This document shows, in pieces, positions 12,191 through 29,825 of a stretch of DNA of 64,000 bases. Under the pieces are notes generated by a model, which did no database searches, was not told the origin of the DNA, and saw only the letters and a list, made by a program, of their open reading frames with translations. Position 1 is the first letter of the stretch. Every line of letters begins with the position of its first letter. This stretch comes from Octopus vulgaris. Lineage: Eukaryota. The translations under genes and the position numbers were made by a program. Location of the stretch: the NCBI GenBank assembly GCA_951406725.2, contig OX597826.1, positions 8,680,001-8,744,000 of the forward strand. The letters run 5' to 3'.

Positions 12191-13073
12191 CATTCGCGAG
12201 CAGAGGACAAGATATGCTGTCCCTGTTATTGAAGCAAAGATGAATTAGTAAGAGGGCTCCTTTAGTGGGTCCTCACCCATGGGAATTCTTATGTCAGATG
12301 ACTCAGAACGTCATACATTGATCAACTCTCTTGTAATGTCAGGCTACAAATGGAAGACAGAAACGCTTGGAGAGAAAAAGGGGTTTTGGTCCGAGTAACC
12401 CGCCCCAAACGACAGACAGATATCTAGAACTTTTTTACAACACAATTCATACCTTCTTTTTGCATGCTTGATATGTAATTCGAAGTGTATTTGGCTGTTA
12501 TTCATTTCAGGGTGAGCGACAAAGTAGAGAGGTTGTCTCCATCCATAGCTCGCTTCTAAATTAAATGTTTCAGAAGGTCGCTGAGCGCTGGTAAAAGCAA
12601 AATCTGCTATGGCGGAGTAGAGGCCGCGACCCAGTTATAATTTCTGGTGATGGCCGTTTTTATTTCACTTATTGCCTGTGCCTAATGACATTGAGGAAAA
12701 GAATATGAATGAACGTAACACAATCTTGTTTATTCATCCATATGTAATTGAAGCCTTGTGCTCAACCTAAAAATCACTACTCCGAAATGTCGTATGTGTT
12801 TGTGAGAGAGAGACAGACAGACGGAGGGGGAGAGAAAGAGTGTGTGTGTGTGTGTGTGTGTATGCTTACACACAAACATATATACACACATGTATATATA
12901 TATACATACATGTGTTCATATATACATACATATATATATGCACATAAATATACATAAATAAAAATATATGTATATATATTTGTAAAGAGTAAAGAGAGTA
13001 TATATGTATATGTGTGTGTGTGTGTGTGGTTCTGTGCGTGTGTATGTGTATGTATATATGTGTGTGTGTGTGA

Positions 13074-13130
<57 letters not shown>

Positions 13131-13609
13131 CTCTTCATCTCTTCCTTTTCGTTCACTTCAGAACGCGAGACCCATTCTTCCTCCCGCGGTCAGTTTTGTC
13201 AACTACCATGTATTACTACCGCAATAAAAATCCCACAACCAGCAACCGACCACACCCAACGAAAATGACCAACACCCCCACCACCACCACCAACAACACC
13301 AACACCACCTCTAACAACAACAGCAACAACAACAACAACAACAAAATGTAAAGAAGGTTATAGCTAATAAAAATGCCAATGATGGTTATAGCTAATAAAA
13401 ATGACGATTGTGTGCAGGAAAGATTAAATGAAATATTTCTCCGTTTCCTAATATTGCTGGTTTATATGGACCTAAAGCTAATTGCCCGCCCAGTTGACCA
13501 CAACTGGCCAATACAGCGTCGTTCGACCATCTTTGATATCCGTTCATTCTTGATGTCCTTCGTAGCCTCCGTTGTATTCTCTATCCTTCTCTTTCCTCTC
13601 TACCACATT

Positions 13610-17045
<3,436 letters not shown>

Positions 17046-17932
17046 TATTGTGTTTCCATCTTTTGATCTCTCTCTTATTTGTTTTTCTTGCACTCTCGGT
17101 GTATAAGGTTATAATTATTTGTACGTGTCTATGCGTACATGTGTGCGTATAGGTATGTTCACTCATTGGCGTAAACGTGTGTATAGGGATATGTATGTAC
17201 GTATATGAGTGTATGTGCATATTGGTCTGTGTGTATATGTGTGTGTGTGTGTGTTTGTATGTATATAGGTATGTGTGTGAATATGTGCGCATGCGTGTAT
17301 GAGTGTATGTGGAAGTCTGTATACACACAAACACACACACATATATATATATGCATGCAACAGTGAGTGCATATGCGTATATACATATGTATGTAGGTGC
17401 GTGTATGTGCGTATGTGTATGGATGTATGTGTTTGTGTGCAAATGCATAAAAGCATGTATATGTAAGTATGCATGTGTATGTGTGTGCATGTGTACGTGT
17501 GTATGTAGTGAGTCTGTACATGCGTTTGCGTGTGCATATGTGTATATAAGTGTGCATACAAGTGTTGGGTGTATATGTGTATGTGTGTGTGAGTATGTAA
17601 GTGTGTATGTTAGAGAGAGGGGGAGAAGGAGAAAGGGTGAGATAGAGGGTGAGAGAGAAAGAAGATGAGTAAGACAGAGAAATGGAATTGTGCTGCGAAC
17701 GTGTTCGAATGTAGTTCCTTCCGTACGTGACTGCCTGGAGGTCGGGTGAGGGGGATGAATAATTGTGATGAATATCTACTTGCATTTTACGTGACAAATA
17801 AAATCAAAAATGGCTGCGAAACGCCGCTAAAGGAATAAATAGCAGTACTACATAGCTAAATAAATAAACAAAGAAAGAAAGACAGAGAATGAAAGAAAAA
17901 AGAAAGAAAGATAGAAAGAAACCAACAAATAA

Positions 17933-17963
<31 letters not shown>

Positions 17964-18193
17964 GAACATATATATATAAATAGGTCGTGGCCAACTCATG
18001 TGCATCGCACCACAAACGGTGAAGCACGTGCACATGTATGTGCCAACTTTGCATGTCTTTGAGAGAGAGAGAGAGGAGGAGGAGAGAGTGAGAGGAGAGG
18101 AGAGGAGAGAGTACATATGTCTCTCTTTACGAGATTAGTACGATGGCACTCAGGAAGAATCAGCTTCGTAGAACTCGCATATCGTTGGTAAAG

Positions 18194-18289
<96 letters not shown>

Positions 18290-18449
18290 GTCTGTCTGTC
18301 TGTCCTCCTGTCTATCTTCCTGTCTGTCTATCTGTCTATCAGTCTATCTCTCCCTCTCTATTTACCCCTTCTCTCTCTCTTTACTCTCTCTCTCTGTCTC
18401 CCTGTTTATCTATCTATCTATCTTTCTCTTTTTCCCTCTCTCACGTTCC

Positions 18450-18516
<67 letters not shown>

Positions 18517-18582
18517 TACACATATACATATGTGTGTGTATATATACGTATACACATTTATATACATATATGTGTGTTTGTT

Positions 18583-18626
<44 letters not shown>

Positions 18627-18833
18627 ATACACATATACATGTGTGTGTATGTATATATACGTTTATACTTATTTATATATATATATGTGTGTTTATATAT
18701 ATATACGCATCTTTATATATATCTATCTGAATATATTTAGGCGTATCCCTGTATGTACGCATTTATGTATATACAGTGTATGTGTAGGTACACCAATCCG
18801 TACATGCATGGATACGCCTAAACATATGCATAT

Positions 18834-18876
<43 letters not shown>

Positions 18877-19300
18877 TATGTGTACTAGTATGTGTGTGTA
18901 CATGTCTCTATGCATATACATAAAAGCATACATCATGGACACGCCTAAGCACACATGTGTATATGAGTAGGTGTGTGTTTGTGAGTGCGTGTATGTATGT
19001 GCAGCATTTCGTTAACGATAAACCGAAACTGCGTATTTCGAAGGCTATATACAGTGCCTGAGGTACTTTAAATCGGAAATAGATAGGACTTGGAATATCC
19101 ACGATCAAAAGATAAAGATTCAAAACATACAAATAATCGAAATAGTTCCTAAAGTAAATCGACATTTACGAATAATGCAAAAACCAAAAGATAGGTCAAA
19201 GATAAGTGTATACTGAATAACTGATAAGATTGAGTAGTCAAGGCTTCGATCTCTTACTTAAAATTTTGCCTCTGTGCGCGTGTACGCATATATATATATA

Positions 19301-19398
<98 letters not shown>

Positions 19399-19631
19399 TA
19401 TATGAGTGTGTCTGTTTGTGGGTGGGTGTGGATGTGGGTGTGGGTGTGTGTACGTGTGTATGTATGTATATATATGCATGCATGAAAGTAGATGTATGTG
19501 TATATGTATGCATGTGCGTGTATGTGTGTGTGTGTGTTTTTTGCGTATGTGTATGTGTGTGCGTGTTTGTGTTTACGTTGCGGTAAAAAGCATTAAGGAA
19601 GTCAATGCAACTTTACGTTAGAAATTTATAG

Positions 19632-19693
<62 letters not shown>

Positions 19694-19708
19694 ATTATAT
19701 GTGTGTGC

Positions 19709-19755
<47 letters not shown>

Positions 19756-20537
19756 TATAAATATATGTATATATATATATATATACATACATACATAGAT
19801 ATGTTTGTATGTACGTATATATATATATATATATATACATATACATACATACAAACATATCTATGTATGTATATATATATATATATGCATATAAATATAC
19901 ACACACATACAGACATACATATATACATGCTTATATATACAGGCATATATCTACTTTTTTTAGTTTCTTATTTGGGTTTTGTACATCATTGTTTTTCTAT
20001 CAGTCACTTACTGCTCGTTTCGAACAGTAACGCCACTAAATCCATCTGAACATCAACGTTTCAAGACTTTCACAGCCTCATCGTCAGGAAATAAACATCA
20101 TTAGCATGTATAACTACTGAAATGTCTATTTCTAACGTCTGTTGTACCTGTGTATTTATAAGAGCACTGTGCTATATAATGAGTATCGCAGACATCGATT
20201 CAATAGTCTATTTTTATGGTATATCCTATATGGTTTGAGTGTGTTATCCACTGAATCCTTTCTAATTGGTTCTCTTTTATATTCTACGGCATAGTGTTAC
20301 ACTTGTTGGTTGTTGTATGTGCATCGTAAGTCTACGAGAGATTCCGTTTACAACCGAATTTATGACCTACATTGGTTATTTGCTAGCTTGTTTTTTTGGG
20401 AGGGTGAGGGGGTTACTTGCCTGGGGTGTGCTATGGGTAAAAGTATTTTAGATTTTAACTTTTCAATGTTTGTCTAGTGTATTGTGTGTACGCGTGTGTG
20501 TATAAATGCTTGTGTGTGTTTGGGTTGATAGACAGAT

Positions 20538-20712
20538 AAGTTTCTTTATTGGCCACACAGGGCTGCACACAGATGGGTCAAGTTACAAGGTAGAGCTTTT
20601 CTTTTGGGGGATGAAAAAAACAAAAAAAACAAAAAAACAGAAGAAACAAAACAAAAAAAAGGTGGCGTAGGTTTTCGATCAAAAGGGATCGTAAAAGGGG
20701 AAAAAAGAAAAA

Positions 20713-20715
<3 letters not shown>
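20538..20715 (-). mobile_element. 3' end of a LINE-like element inserted in (GATA)n, copy 1
   Basis: Matches 46906-47060. The minus strand ends GCAGCCCTGTGTGGCCAATAAAGAAAC, and GATA/GACA repeats lie on both sides. Confidence 0.7.
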
Positions 20716-20786
<71 letters not shown>

Positions 20787-20829
20787 TAGATAGATAGATA
20801 CGTACATACATACATATATACATACACAC

Positions 20830-20860
<31 letters not shown>

Positions 20861-20985
20861 CATACATACATACATACATACATACATACATGCATACATA
20901 CATACATACATACATACATAGAGACCGACAGATAGGCATGCATACACACACACACACACACACACAAACAAACACATGTATGTAT

Positions 20986-21383
<398 letters not shown>

Positions 21384-21529
21384 ATATATTTATATGAACA
21401 TTAACCATTGAGAACTGAGCTTACCAGTGTACCAATACACTTCTACATCTTCCGACATATTTCACAGTTCGACGATGTCGTCAGATGTTTCGTAGTAACA
21501 TCCCTTACATATGTGACTGTTCGTTGTTT

Positions 21530-21758
21530 CTTTTATTCTTTTACTTATTTCAGTCATTTGACTACGGCCATGCTGGAGCACCGCCTTTAATCGAGCAAAT
21601 CGACCCCAGGACTTATTCTTCGTAAGCCTAGTACTTACTCTATCATTCTCTATTGCCGAACTGCTAACTTACGGGGTACGTAAACACACCAGCATCGATT
21701 GTCAAGCAATGGTGCAGGACAAACACAGACACACAAATACATGCATACACACACACAC

Positions 21759-21808
<50 letters not shown>

Positions 21809-21970
21809 GACGGGCTTCTTTCAGCTTCCGTCAACCAAATCGCCTCACATGGCTTTGCTTGGCCAGAGGCTATAGAAGAAGACACTTGCCCAAGATGTCA
21901 CGCTGTGGGACTGAACCCGGAACCGTGTGGTTAAGAAGCAAGCTTCTTACCATACAGCCACCCCTGCGCC
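21530..21970 (-). mobile_element. SINE family A full-length copy
   Basis: Reverse complement of the full consensus, including head, internal (TA)n and tail. Confidence 0.88.
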
Positions 21971-22130
21971 TATGCTAAACTCTATGTAATGCTGAAAGCA
22001 ATTCATTCACTAATTTTCCATAAATATATGTTCGAATTCCTGTAGAGGGTGCTCTTTTTTTACTTTACAATATGCTGATAGATGCACATATATACATACA
22101 TATATACATATATACATATAACTATGTATG

Positions 22131-22193
<63 letters not shown>

Positions 22194-22208
22194 TTATATA
22201 TGTATTTA

Positions 22209-22287
<79 letters not shown>

Positions 22288-22997
22288 ATGGAGGGGCTGG
22301 CTCCCTTCAGTTTTCCTCTACAAAATCCACTCACAAAGCTTTGCTTGGCCCAAAGCTCTGGTAGAAGACTCTTATCCAAGGTGTCAGGAAATGGGTCTGA
22401 ACCCGGAACCATGTGGTTGGAAGGTAAACTTCTTAACACACAACCATCTTCCAAAACTGAAAGAACACAAAATTCGTAGAACACATGAAATAATGCATCC
22501 CTACATACCCCTAAAAGTACTGGATGGTCACAACGGGAAGTTTTGGATCATATGTCTGCTATACTCAGTCAGGACCTGCTTTAGTTAAGCAATAACAACA
22601 ACAACGACAACAACAACAAAATCCATAGTAACAGAATGATTTGCTGGTTTAATGACATTTTACATTTAACAAGCAAATAATTTAAACATGATGAAATATT
22701 CCATTTTCTATTTAATTTGCTTATTTATTTGTAATTCTTTAGAAATGTCCAAACAGAAATTTGTTTCAGACACAGTCGTAAGTTAAACGTCCTGGTGATG
22801 GAACGACAAATGCAGACCTCCTGGGGAAAGATAAAGAAAATTAAGAGAAGCATTTAATAAAGAAATGCTGAAGGCAACCATTTTAACAACGTAAAACAAT
22901 AACAACGATGACAACAACAACAACAATGACAGCGACACCAACGACAACGTCAACAACAACAACAACAACAATACTAATAACAATGATAATAATAATG

Positions 22998-23200
22998 ATT
23001 TCATTTATTTGCCACAAGGGCGAAGGATGAGGGGACAATACAAAGACAAACATAAAGTGTGGGGGTTTACATATAATGAAATGGCAGAGAAAAAATGGCA
23101 AATATGCAGAGTATAGAATGGAAAGGAAGGGACATATACATAGCATACAAAGGTTTTAAAAGAAGGGGGCAGAAGATGATAAGGGTGTAGTCTTCCTGAT
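22998..23200 (-). mobile_element. 3' UTR fragment of the Tx1/L1-like LINE seen at 54449-55347
   Basis: The minus strand ends TGTATTGTCCCCTCATCCTTCGCCCTTGTGGCAAATAAATGAAATC followed by (ATT)n/(GTT)n, like 55301-55375. Confidence 0.75.
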
Positions 23201-23405
23201 ACAGGATGTGAATGAGAGATGAATTACCATCCAGGAAAGGATACCAACGCATTGAATAAATTAAATCGTATTCCAGAATATGCTGTTATAAGGAATTCTT
23301 AGACTAAGACCTGTAGTGAAATTAAGACTTCTATTCAAAGAATTAACAGAACAAGTGGTGGAATTACGGTCGATTGAATGTAATTTTATGATTGCTTTAC
23401 TTTTG

Positions 23406-23813
23406 CTGGCTGTGTGGTAAGTAGCTTGCTTATGAACCACATGGTTCTGGGATCAGTCCCACTGCGTGGCACCTTGGGCAAGTGTCTTCTACTATAGCCT
23501 CGGGCCGACCAAAGCCTTGTGAGTGAATTTGGTAGGCAGAAACTGAAAGAAGCCCGTCGTATATATGTATATATATGTGGGGGGGTGAGTCTGTGTTTGT
23601 GTGTCTGTGTTTGTCTCCCCAACATCGCTTGACAACCGATGCTGGTGTGTTTACGTCCCCGTAACTTAGCGGTTCGGCAAAAGATCCCGATAGAATAAGT
23701 ACTAGGCTTACAAAGAATAAGTCCTGGGGTCGATTTACTCAACTAAAGACGGTGCTCCAGCATGGCCACAGTCACGTGACTGAAACAAGTAAAAGAGAGA
23801 AAGAGAAAGAGAG
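23406..23813 (+). mobile_element. SINE family A near full-length copy
   Basis: Runs from TGGCTGTGTGGTAAGTAGCTTGCTT to GACTGAAACAAGTAAAAGAGAGAAAGAG. Confidence 0.9.
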
Positions 23814-24270
23814 ACATAAAACGCACCGGTGTTTAGAAGACCCATAGAGCTACGGGTCCGCAGCTAGCTTTTTTGTTGCTGACGTATATATAGTTTCAAA
23901 ATGCGTTGTTTGAGATTATTGTAATTGCTATGATTTTATCTTACTATAATCAATAACAGATACCTTTTGTCAATATAAAAGTCTTTATTAGATTAAAAAG
24001 TAACATTATCGAAACATGAAGGTAAAACAAAAGAAATATGCTCCGTTTTCTTCCGGGCACCATTGTACTGTAGCCGTAGTCATTCACGTTTTTCACCCAC
24101 CTTCCTTCCGAAAAAAATCAGTGGAATCATTCGATCTCCACACAAATTATTTCCCTCCCGAAACTTATAAAAAATACACACATTAGGCGCAAACTTCTAT
24201 AAGCCGCACACTAAAATTTTCCAGGTAAAAAACAGCGACTTATACCCAGGAAAATACGGTAATACAAACA

Positions 24271-24428
24271 AGAGAGTAATATTTCGAACGTAGTATAGTC
24301 GTGAAAACAGCAGAAAAAAATTGGGTTCCCGTGGGTGTCTGCTGACAACGTTTTCCGTCATATAATGGTAAAATACCCTATGTTTCTGCTGTTTTCGCAG
24401 CTATACTGCGTTTAAAATATTACTTTCT
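24271..24428. mobile_element. Short hairpin-type MITE with ~45-bp imperfect inverted arms
   Basis: GTAATATTTCGAACGTAGTATAGTCGTGAAAACAGCAGAAA pairs with TTTCTGCTGTTTTCGCAGCTATACTGCGTTTAAAATATTAC. Confidence 0.65.
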
Positions 24429-24492
24429 AGTCTGTTATGATACGATATTCCTTCGACGCTTCCAAAACCAAGCAAAAGTTTGTTTACACATG

Positions 24493-24934
24493 GGATCTTT
24501 TCGGTTTGAACGGCAGTTTTTAACATAATTTCTAGGTAACTAAAAAATTTTAAACTTCGTATACTGGTAGAATGTGTTTATAAAACATCTTTTTCTCTTG
24601 GCTTTATTGAGAAAATTCTATAGTTTGTAAGGTATTTGTTGGTTTTTTTTCTTCAATTTCTGCAATTTCAACCAATCACTGACGTCTATTGAGGTAAAAA
24701 AAAAAAAGCATTCTGTGCCAGATGAATATGTCCCTCGTTTAAGAAACAGATTGGGTTTATTTACATTTTTGAAGAAAAAAGATACCCTTCCCCCACCCCT
24801 AACCCTAACCCTAACCCTAGCCCTAACCCTAAAACAGATTGAAATGCAATAGATCGATACTAGGGTCATAATTATGGGTGACAATTTCATATGACACCGC
24901 TAGAAAAAACTGCCGTTCAAAACCGAAAAGATCC
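24493..24934. mobile_element. MITE with ~30-bp TIRs, 8-bp TSD and internal (CCCTAA)n
   Basis: TIRs GGATCTTTTCGGTTTGAACGGCAGTTTTT / AAAAAACTGCCGTTCAAAACCGAAAAGATCC. TSD TACACATG at 24485-24492 and 24935-24942. Confidence 0.9.
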
Positions 24935-26006
24935 TACACATGTAATTCAATGTTTTGTTTTTTTTTTATAAAATATAAAAATATGAAACTGTGCCAAACT
25001 AAAGCAATTATAAAATTACATTCAATCGACCGTATTTTCATCACTTGTTCTGTTAATTCTTTGAATAGAATTCGTAAATTCATTACAGGTCTTAGTCTAA
25101 GAATTCCTTATAACAGCATATGCTGGAATACGATCTTTCCATATTATTTGTGATTTAATTTATTCAATGCGTTGGTATCCTATCCTGATTGGTAATTCAT
25201 CTCTCATTCACATTCTTTAATAATTAATGCTATAGATTTCTAGAGATACTTTATTGCAGTGCGTTGGCGTTTTATCCCAATGCGTAATTCATCTCTCATT
25301 CACATTCTTAATAATTAACGCTACAGAATTCCAATGACAAACACCATCAATTTTATGACATCATGTGGTTTTTAAAATAGAGATGGTAAATTAAAACCCT
25401 AAAATATCTCCTTTTTATACTTTATTTACGACTGTTTCTTCCTCTGTCAAAGAAATTTCAACGTAAATAAATCAAGTCATTATCACTTACATATATTTCG
25501 CGTGCGCATGTGCCATTTATCACAGGAAGTTTAATTTGGCCAATATTGAGAGAAATTTACGAACAAAATCTTTGGCTTGGACATATGGTTTGTACATCAA
25601 AATTAATCTTTTTTTTTCTTCTTCTTGTTACCATTTCTATATTTGTTATTTTGTTACTTTTAAATCATTTTTTTATAGCCCTTAATAGATTTAAACTAGG
25701 TTTTATAGCTCGATTTTATTAGTACATTACACAAGTCTTTTAAGGCGAGCACGCTTTTAAGACAGAAAGCTTTTAACTGCTCTGCTGGAAATAAGAATTC
25801 TGACAGATTTACAGAGACCGATTAGAATTAATGAAATATCAATAATTGTTACGTGTTGTTTTATCGATTTCGTCCAATAAACTAAGACTACCATTTAACA
25901 AGGTTCACTATATTATACTTTAATAATTTCAAACAGTGTTAATTGAATTATAATAATGTGTGTATATATAGGCATATTAGTGAGTCTGTGTGTGTGTATG
26001 TGCCTA

Positions 26007-26041
<35 letters not shown>

Positions 26042-26244
26042 ATGTTAAACTCTGCTGATTTGAGCAAAATGTGGTTCCAGTGATTCATGTTTTGCTAAAT
26101 TGCTAAAACTAAACAAGCAGAGAAAAGAACAGCATTTAGTTACAAATTTCTAATTTCAAATCTAGCCAACATCAAATGATCCTTCCATCCTTCGGTGCTG
26201 GATTAAATAAACGGCGCAGACCACCACTCACCTGGCAAAACTGT

Positions 26245-26680
26245 GTAGAACCTGTATTTCAAAGCGCTAACCTTGTCACACTCTGTGTCACACTGAATCT
26301 CCCTGAGAACCACGTTAAGAGTATTCTTGTTTGTGTTTAAGGCGGCGAGCTGGCAGAAACATCAGCACGCCGGGCGAAATGCGTAGCCGTATTTCGTCTG
26401 CCGTTACGTTCTAAGTTCAAATTCCGCCGAAGTCGGCTTTGCCTTTCATCCTTTCGGGGTCGATAAATTAAGTACCAGTTACGCACTGGGGTCGATATAA
26501 TCGACTTAATCCGTTTGTCTGTCCTTGTTCGTCCTCTCTGTGTTTAGCCCCTTGTGGGTAGTAAAGAAATAAGTATTCTTGTTTGTTTGCTCAGCCACTT
26601 GCATGCTAATTTCACGAGCAGGCTGTTCCATCGATCGGATCAACTGAAACACTCACCGTGGTAACCGACGGCGTACCAGT
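26245..26680 (+). mobile_element. Repeat family C copy (strand is relative) interrupted by a SINE B
   Basis: CCTGTATTTCAAAG..CCTTGTCACACTCTGTGTCAC.CTGAAT.. and GCTCAGCCACTT..AATTTCACGAGCAGGC.. are reverse complements of 54197-54380. Confidence 0.7.
26341..26571 (+). mobile_element. SINE family B full-length copy with a 15-bp TSD
   Basis: Head GGCGGCGAGCTGGCAGAA with B-box-like GTTCAAATTCC. AGTATTCTTGTTTGT is duplicated at 26320-26334 and 26572-26586. Confidence 0.9.
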
Positions 26681-27054
26681 CATTGAAGCTTGCCTTTCCA
26701 TTTTGAACTCAAAAGTCCGTCCTTGGTGAGTTTTTACATCGAACAGAAGTTCTCTCCCAGCTAGCGTCTGTTAACACTCCTTTGGTTCTTTTCAAAGATT
26801 CCACTCAAAGAGGTCCGTGTTCTTCTTTGCTTTCTTCTTTCTCCAGTTGATGTCCCTCACAATGGTGTTTCTACATCACCTTAGTTGACAGAGGTCCAGG
26901 AATGGCTATGTAGTTAAAAGGCTCGATTTGCAACCACATGGCTTCATGTTCAGTTCCTAACTGCAGCACTTTGGATAGGCGTCCTCTACTATAGCTCCCG
27001 GACAACCAATGCCTTGTGACTAAATTTGGTTGACAGAAACTGTGTGCAATACCG

Positions 27055-27092
<38 letters not shown>

Positions 27093-27499
27093 TCACACAC
27101 TTATTCTATCAGTCTTTATGGCGAAATGTTAATGTTACAGGGACGTAAACAAACTAATACCGTTTCTGGTGGGTGACAAACACAAAAGCGCGCATACACA
27201 CACACATGTATGTATGTATATGTATATATATATAAGAGGTAAGGACCGAAATCCTTCAAAGGGATGCCAAACATACAAGTCTGCTCGCCTTGGCTATGAA
27301 AGGTCTTCGTATATTTTTGTTGGCTGTAATTATTCATAATAATATGTAATTCCTAACGAAGAATCTAAAGAAGAGTTTTTCGTTTTTGTCTTTGGAATTA
27401 ATTAGACTCCGAAACAATTTGTAGAATTTATATTGGATCTGTACCAACCTGGATTAGAAATGAAAGATCGTCTACACCTGCAATTTTTTTCCTTTCCTT

Positions 27500-27563
<64 letters not shown>

Positions 27564-27877
27564 TGAGTGAGTGAGTAAGTGATTTTTCACAGTTTTCTTC
27601 TCTCTTTCGCTTGCTTATAGAATCGTTGACAGTCGAATGATATTGTTCATTCAACTGAATTTTGATGTCGGTATCCAGTCTATCGTTCAGGGACAAAGTT
27701 TTAGAGACTCACTGAAATATTGGAGTTACCTTGAAACGGAAAGAAAAGAAAAGAAGAGAAAAGAAAAGAAAGGCAACCATAATTCAAGACTCGGGTTCGA
27801 TTTCAGTGGACAGTACCCTTTTTCAGAATATATGGACCTGTACCAATGCTAGAAACATTATTATTAAGATGTATCAA

Positions 27878-28720
27878 GGGTAGCGACCTGGCGGAATTGT
27901 TAGCACGCCGGACAAGGTGCTTTGTGACATTTTTCCGAATTTACATTCTGGGTTTAACTCCGCCAAGGTCGACCCAGCCGTTCATTCCTTCAGGATCGAT
28001 GAAATAAGTACCAGTTGTGCACTGGGATCGATGTAATCGACATACCCCCTCCTCGAACTTGCTGACCCAGAGCCAAAATCTGAAACCAAAGGCGACGAGT
28101 TGGCAGGAAGGTTAACATGCCGGACAAACCCAATAGCGAATTCAAATTCCGCCGAGGTCGACTTTCATTCTTTCATACCTTTCATTCTTTCGGGATCGTA
28201 GAAATAAGTACCAATAGCGCACATGGATAGATGTAATCGATTGTCCTTCGACCACAAAATTTCAGGCCTTATGCCTATAATCGATTGGATTATAAGGGCA
28301 GCCAGGCGGTAGAATCGTTAGTGCGACGGACAAAATGATTTGCTGTAATTTTTCCGGCTTTAAGTTCAGAGTTGAAATTGTGTCGCCGTTGACTTTGCCT
28401 TTCGTTCTTTGGAGATTGATAAAATAGGTACCAGTGGAGTCCTGGGCTCGATGTAATTCACTGTCCCTCCCCTTCCCCAAAATACCAGGTCTTGTGCGTG
28501 TAATTGAAATGATTATTGAGGTATCGAGGGTGGGGGAGAATCCTTATCACGCTGGAGAAAATATTTTGCTGTATTTTTTCTAGTTTTACGATCTGAGTTC
28601 AAATTCCGCCGAGGTCGACTTTGCCTTTCATCCATTCGGATGTCGATAAATTAAGTACCAGTTGAGCACTGGAGTCGATATAATCAAAAGAAAAGTCAGG
28701 CCTTGTGTCTAAATGTTTCA
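27878..28720 (+). mobile_element. Four head-to-tail diverged SINE family B copies
   Basis: CGCC.AGGTCGAC...TTCAT.C.TTC.GG..CGAT.AA.TAAGTACCA repeats at ~27960, ~28150, ~28385 and ~28606. Confidence 0.8.
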
Positions 28721-28893
28721 ATAAGAAAGAATTATGAAGATGTAATAGTAGACAATTGTGTTTAATACGCGGCTAAACGTAACTGTAAGTCATTAACATA
28801 AGTTCACACCAGATTCAACTTTGCTTTTCATCCTTCGGGAAAATGACAAAATAATAATGAAAAATATGCCTGTTCAGACAGAATAGACTCTGT

Positions 28894-28941
<48 letters not shown>

Positions 28942-29216
28942 ACACATTTTCCTATACAAAACGTGTTGTGCCGAAGTCGCAAAGAAATCAATTATTTCAA
29001 AGACGTTTCTTTCACTTGTTGCTGCATGTATACATGTATGCATGTGTGCACATATGTGTACGTGTGTATGTGAGTGTGTGTGCGCGCGTGTGTGCCTGCG
29101 TGTGTTCGTGCGCGTGTGTGTGTGTGTGTATGTGTGTGCATTAGCGTTACTGTGTATTTATGATTCAACGTGAGAGCGTCCAGTCGTGTTTGTCTTTAAA
29201 AGGTTTACATTGCATT

Positions 29217-29260
<44 letters not shown>

Positions 29261-29825
29261 AGTAGTGGTGGTGGTGGTGATGGTGGTGGTGGTGATGATG
29301 ATGATGATGACGACGACGATGATGATGATGATGACGACGACGATGATGATGATGATGACGACGATGATGATGATGACGATGATGATGATGACGATGATGA
29401 CGACGACGATGATGATGATGATGACGACGACGACGACGATGATGGTGATGATGATGACGAAGATGATGACGACGACAACGACGATGACAACGTCAACGAT
29501 GCTGGTGATCTAGGGACAGCATTAGCGTTAATAATCTGGTGAGTTGTGAACAGACAGAATAGGAAAATGACGGAAGACATTAGTTTTGATGTTGTTGTTG
29601 TCGTTGTAGTTGCACCTCTTCTTTTCCTTCTTCTTTTTCTCCTTCTTCTATTTCTTCTTCTCTTCCTCTTCCTCTTTCTTCATCTTCTCCTCCCCTTCTT
29701 CTTCTCTACCTCCTCCTTCTTCATCTTTTCCTCCCCTTCTTCTCTTCCTCCTCTTCTCCTTCTTCATCTTCTCCTCCCCTTCTTGTTCCCTTCCTCCTCC
29801 TCCTCTCCTCCTCCTTCATCTCCCC
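29217..29825. repeat. Compound trinucleotide array (TAG)(TGG)(GAT/GAC) followed by a (CTT/CCT) tract
   Basis: Read directly from the sequence. It explains the poly-D, poly-S and poly-M ORFs. Confidence 0.9.

Larger units (their letters stand above)
23206..25214. repeat. Long inverted repeat pair (~200-bp arms, 23206-23405 and ~24995-25214) enclosing nested elements
   Basis: The left arm ATGTGAATGAGAGATGAATTACC...TGCTGTTATAAGGAATTCTTAGACTAAGACCTGT...GGTCGATTGAATGTAATTTTAT is the reverse complement of the right arm, with scattered mismatches and one indel. Confidence 0.8.

Noticed and set aside
24796-24833. True telomere or chromosome-fusion site
   Set aside because: Only about six units are present, and they lie inside a TSD-flanked MITE.
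29186-29542. Poly-Asp ORF resembling an acidic biomineral protein
   Set aside because: It is a trinucleotide array open in several frames, with no signal peptide or splice support.
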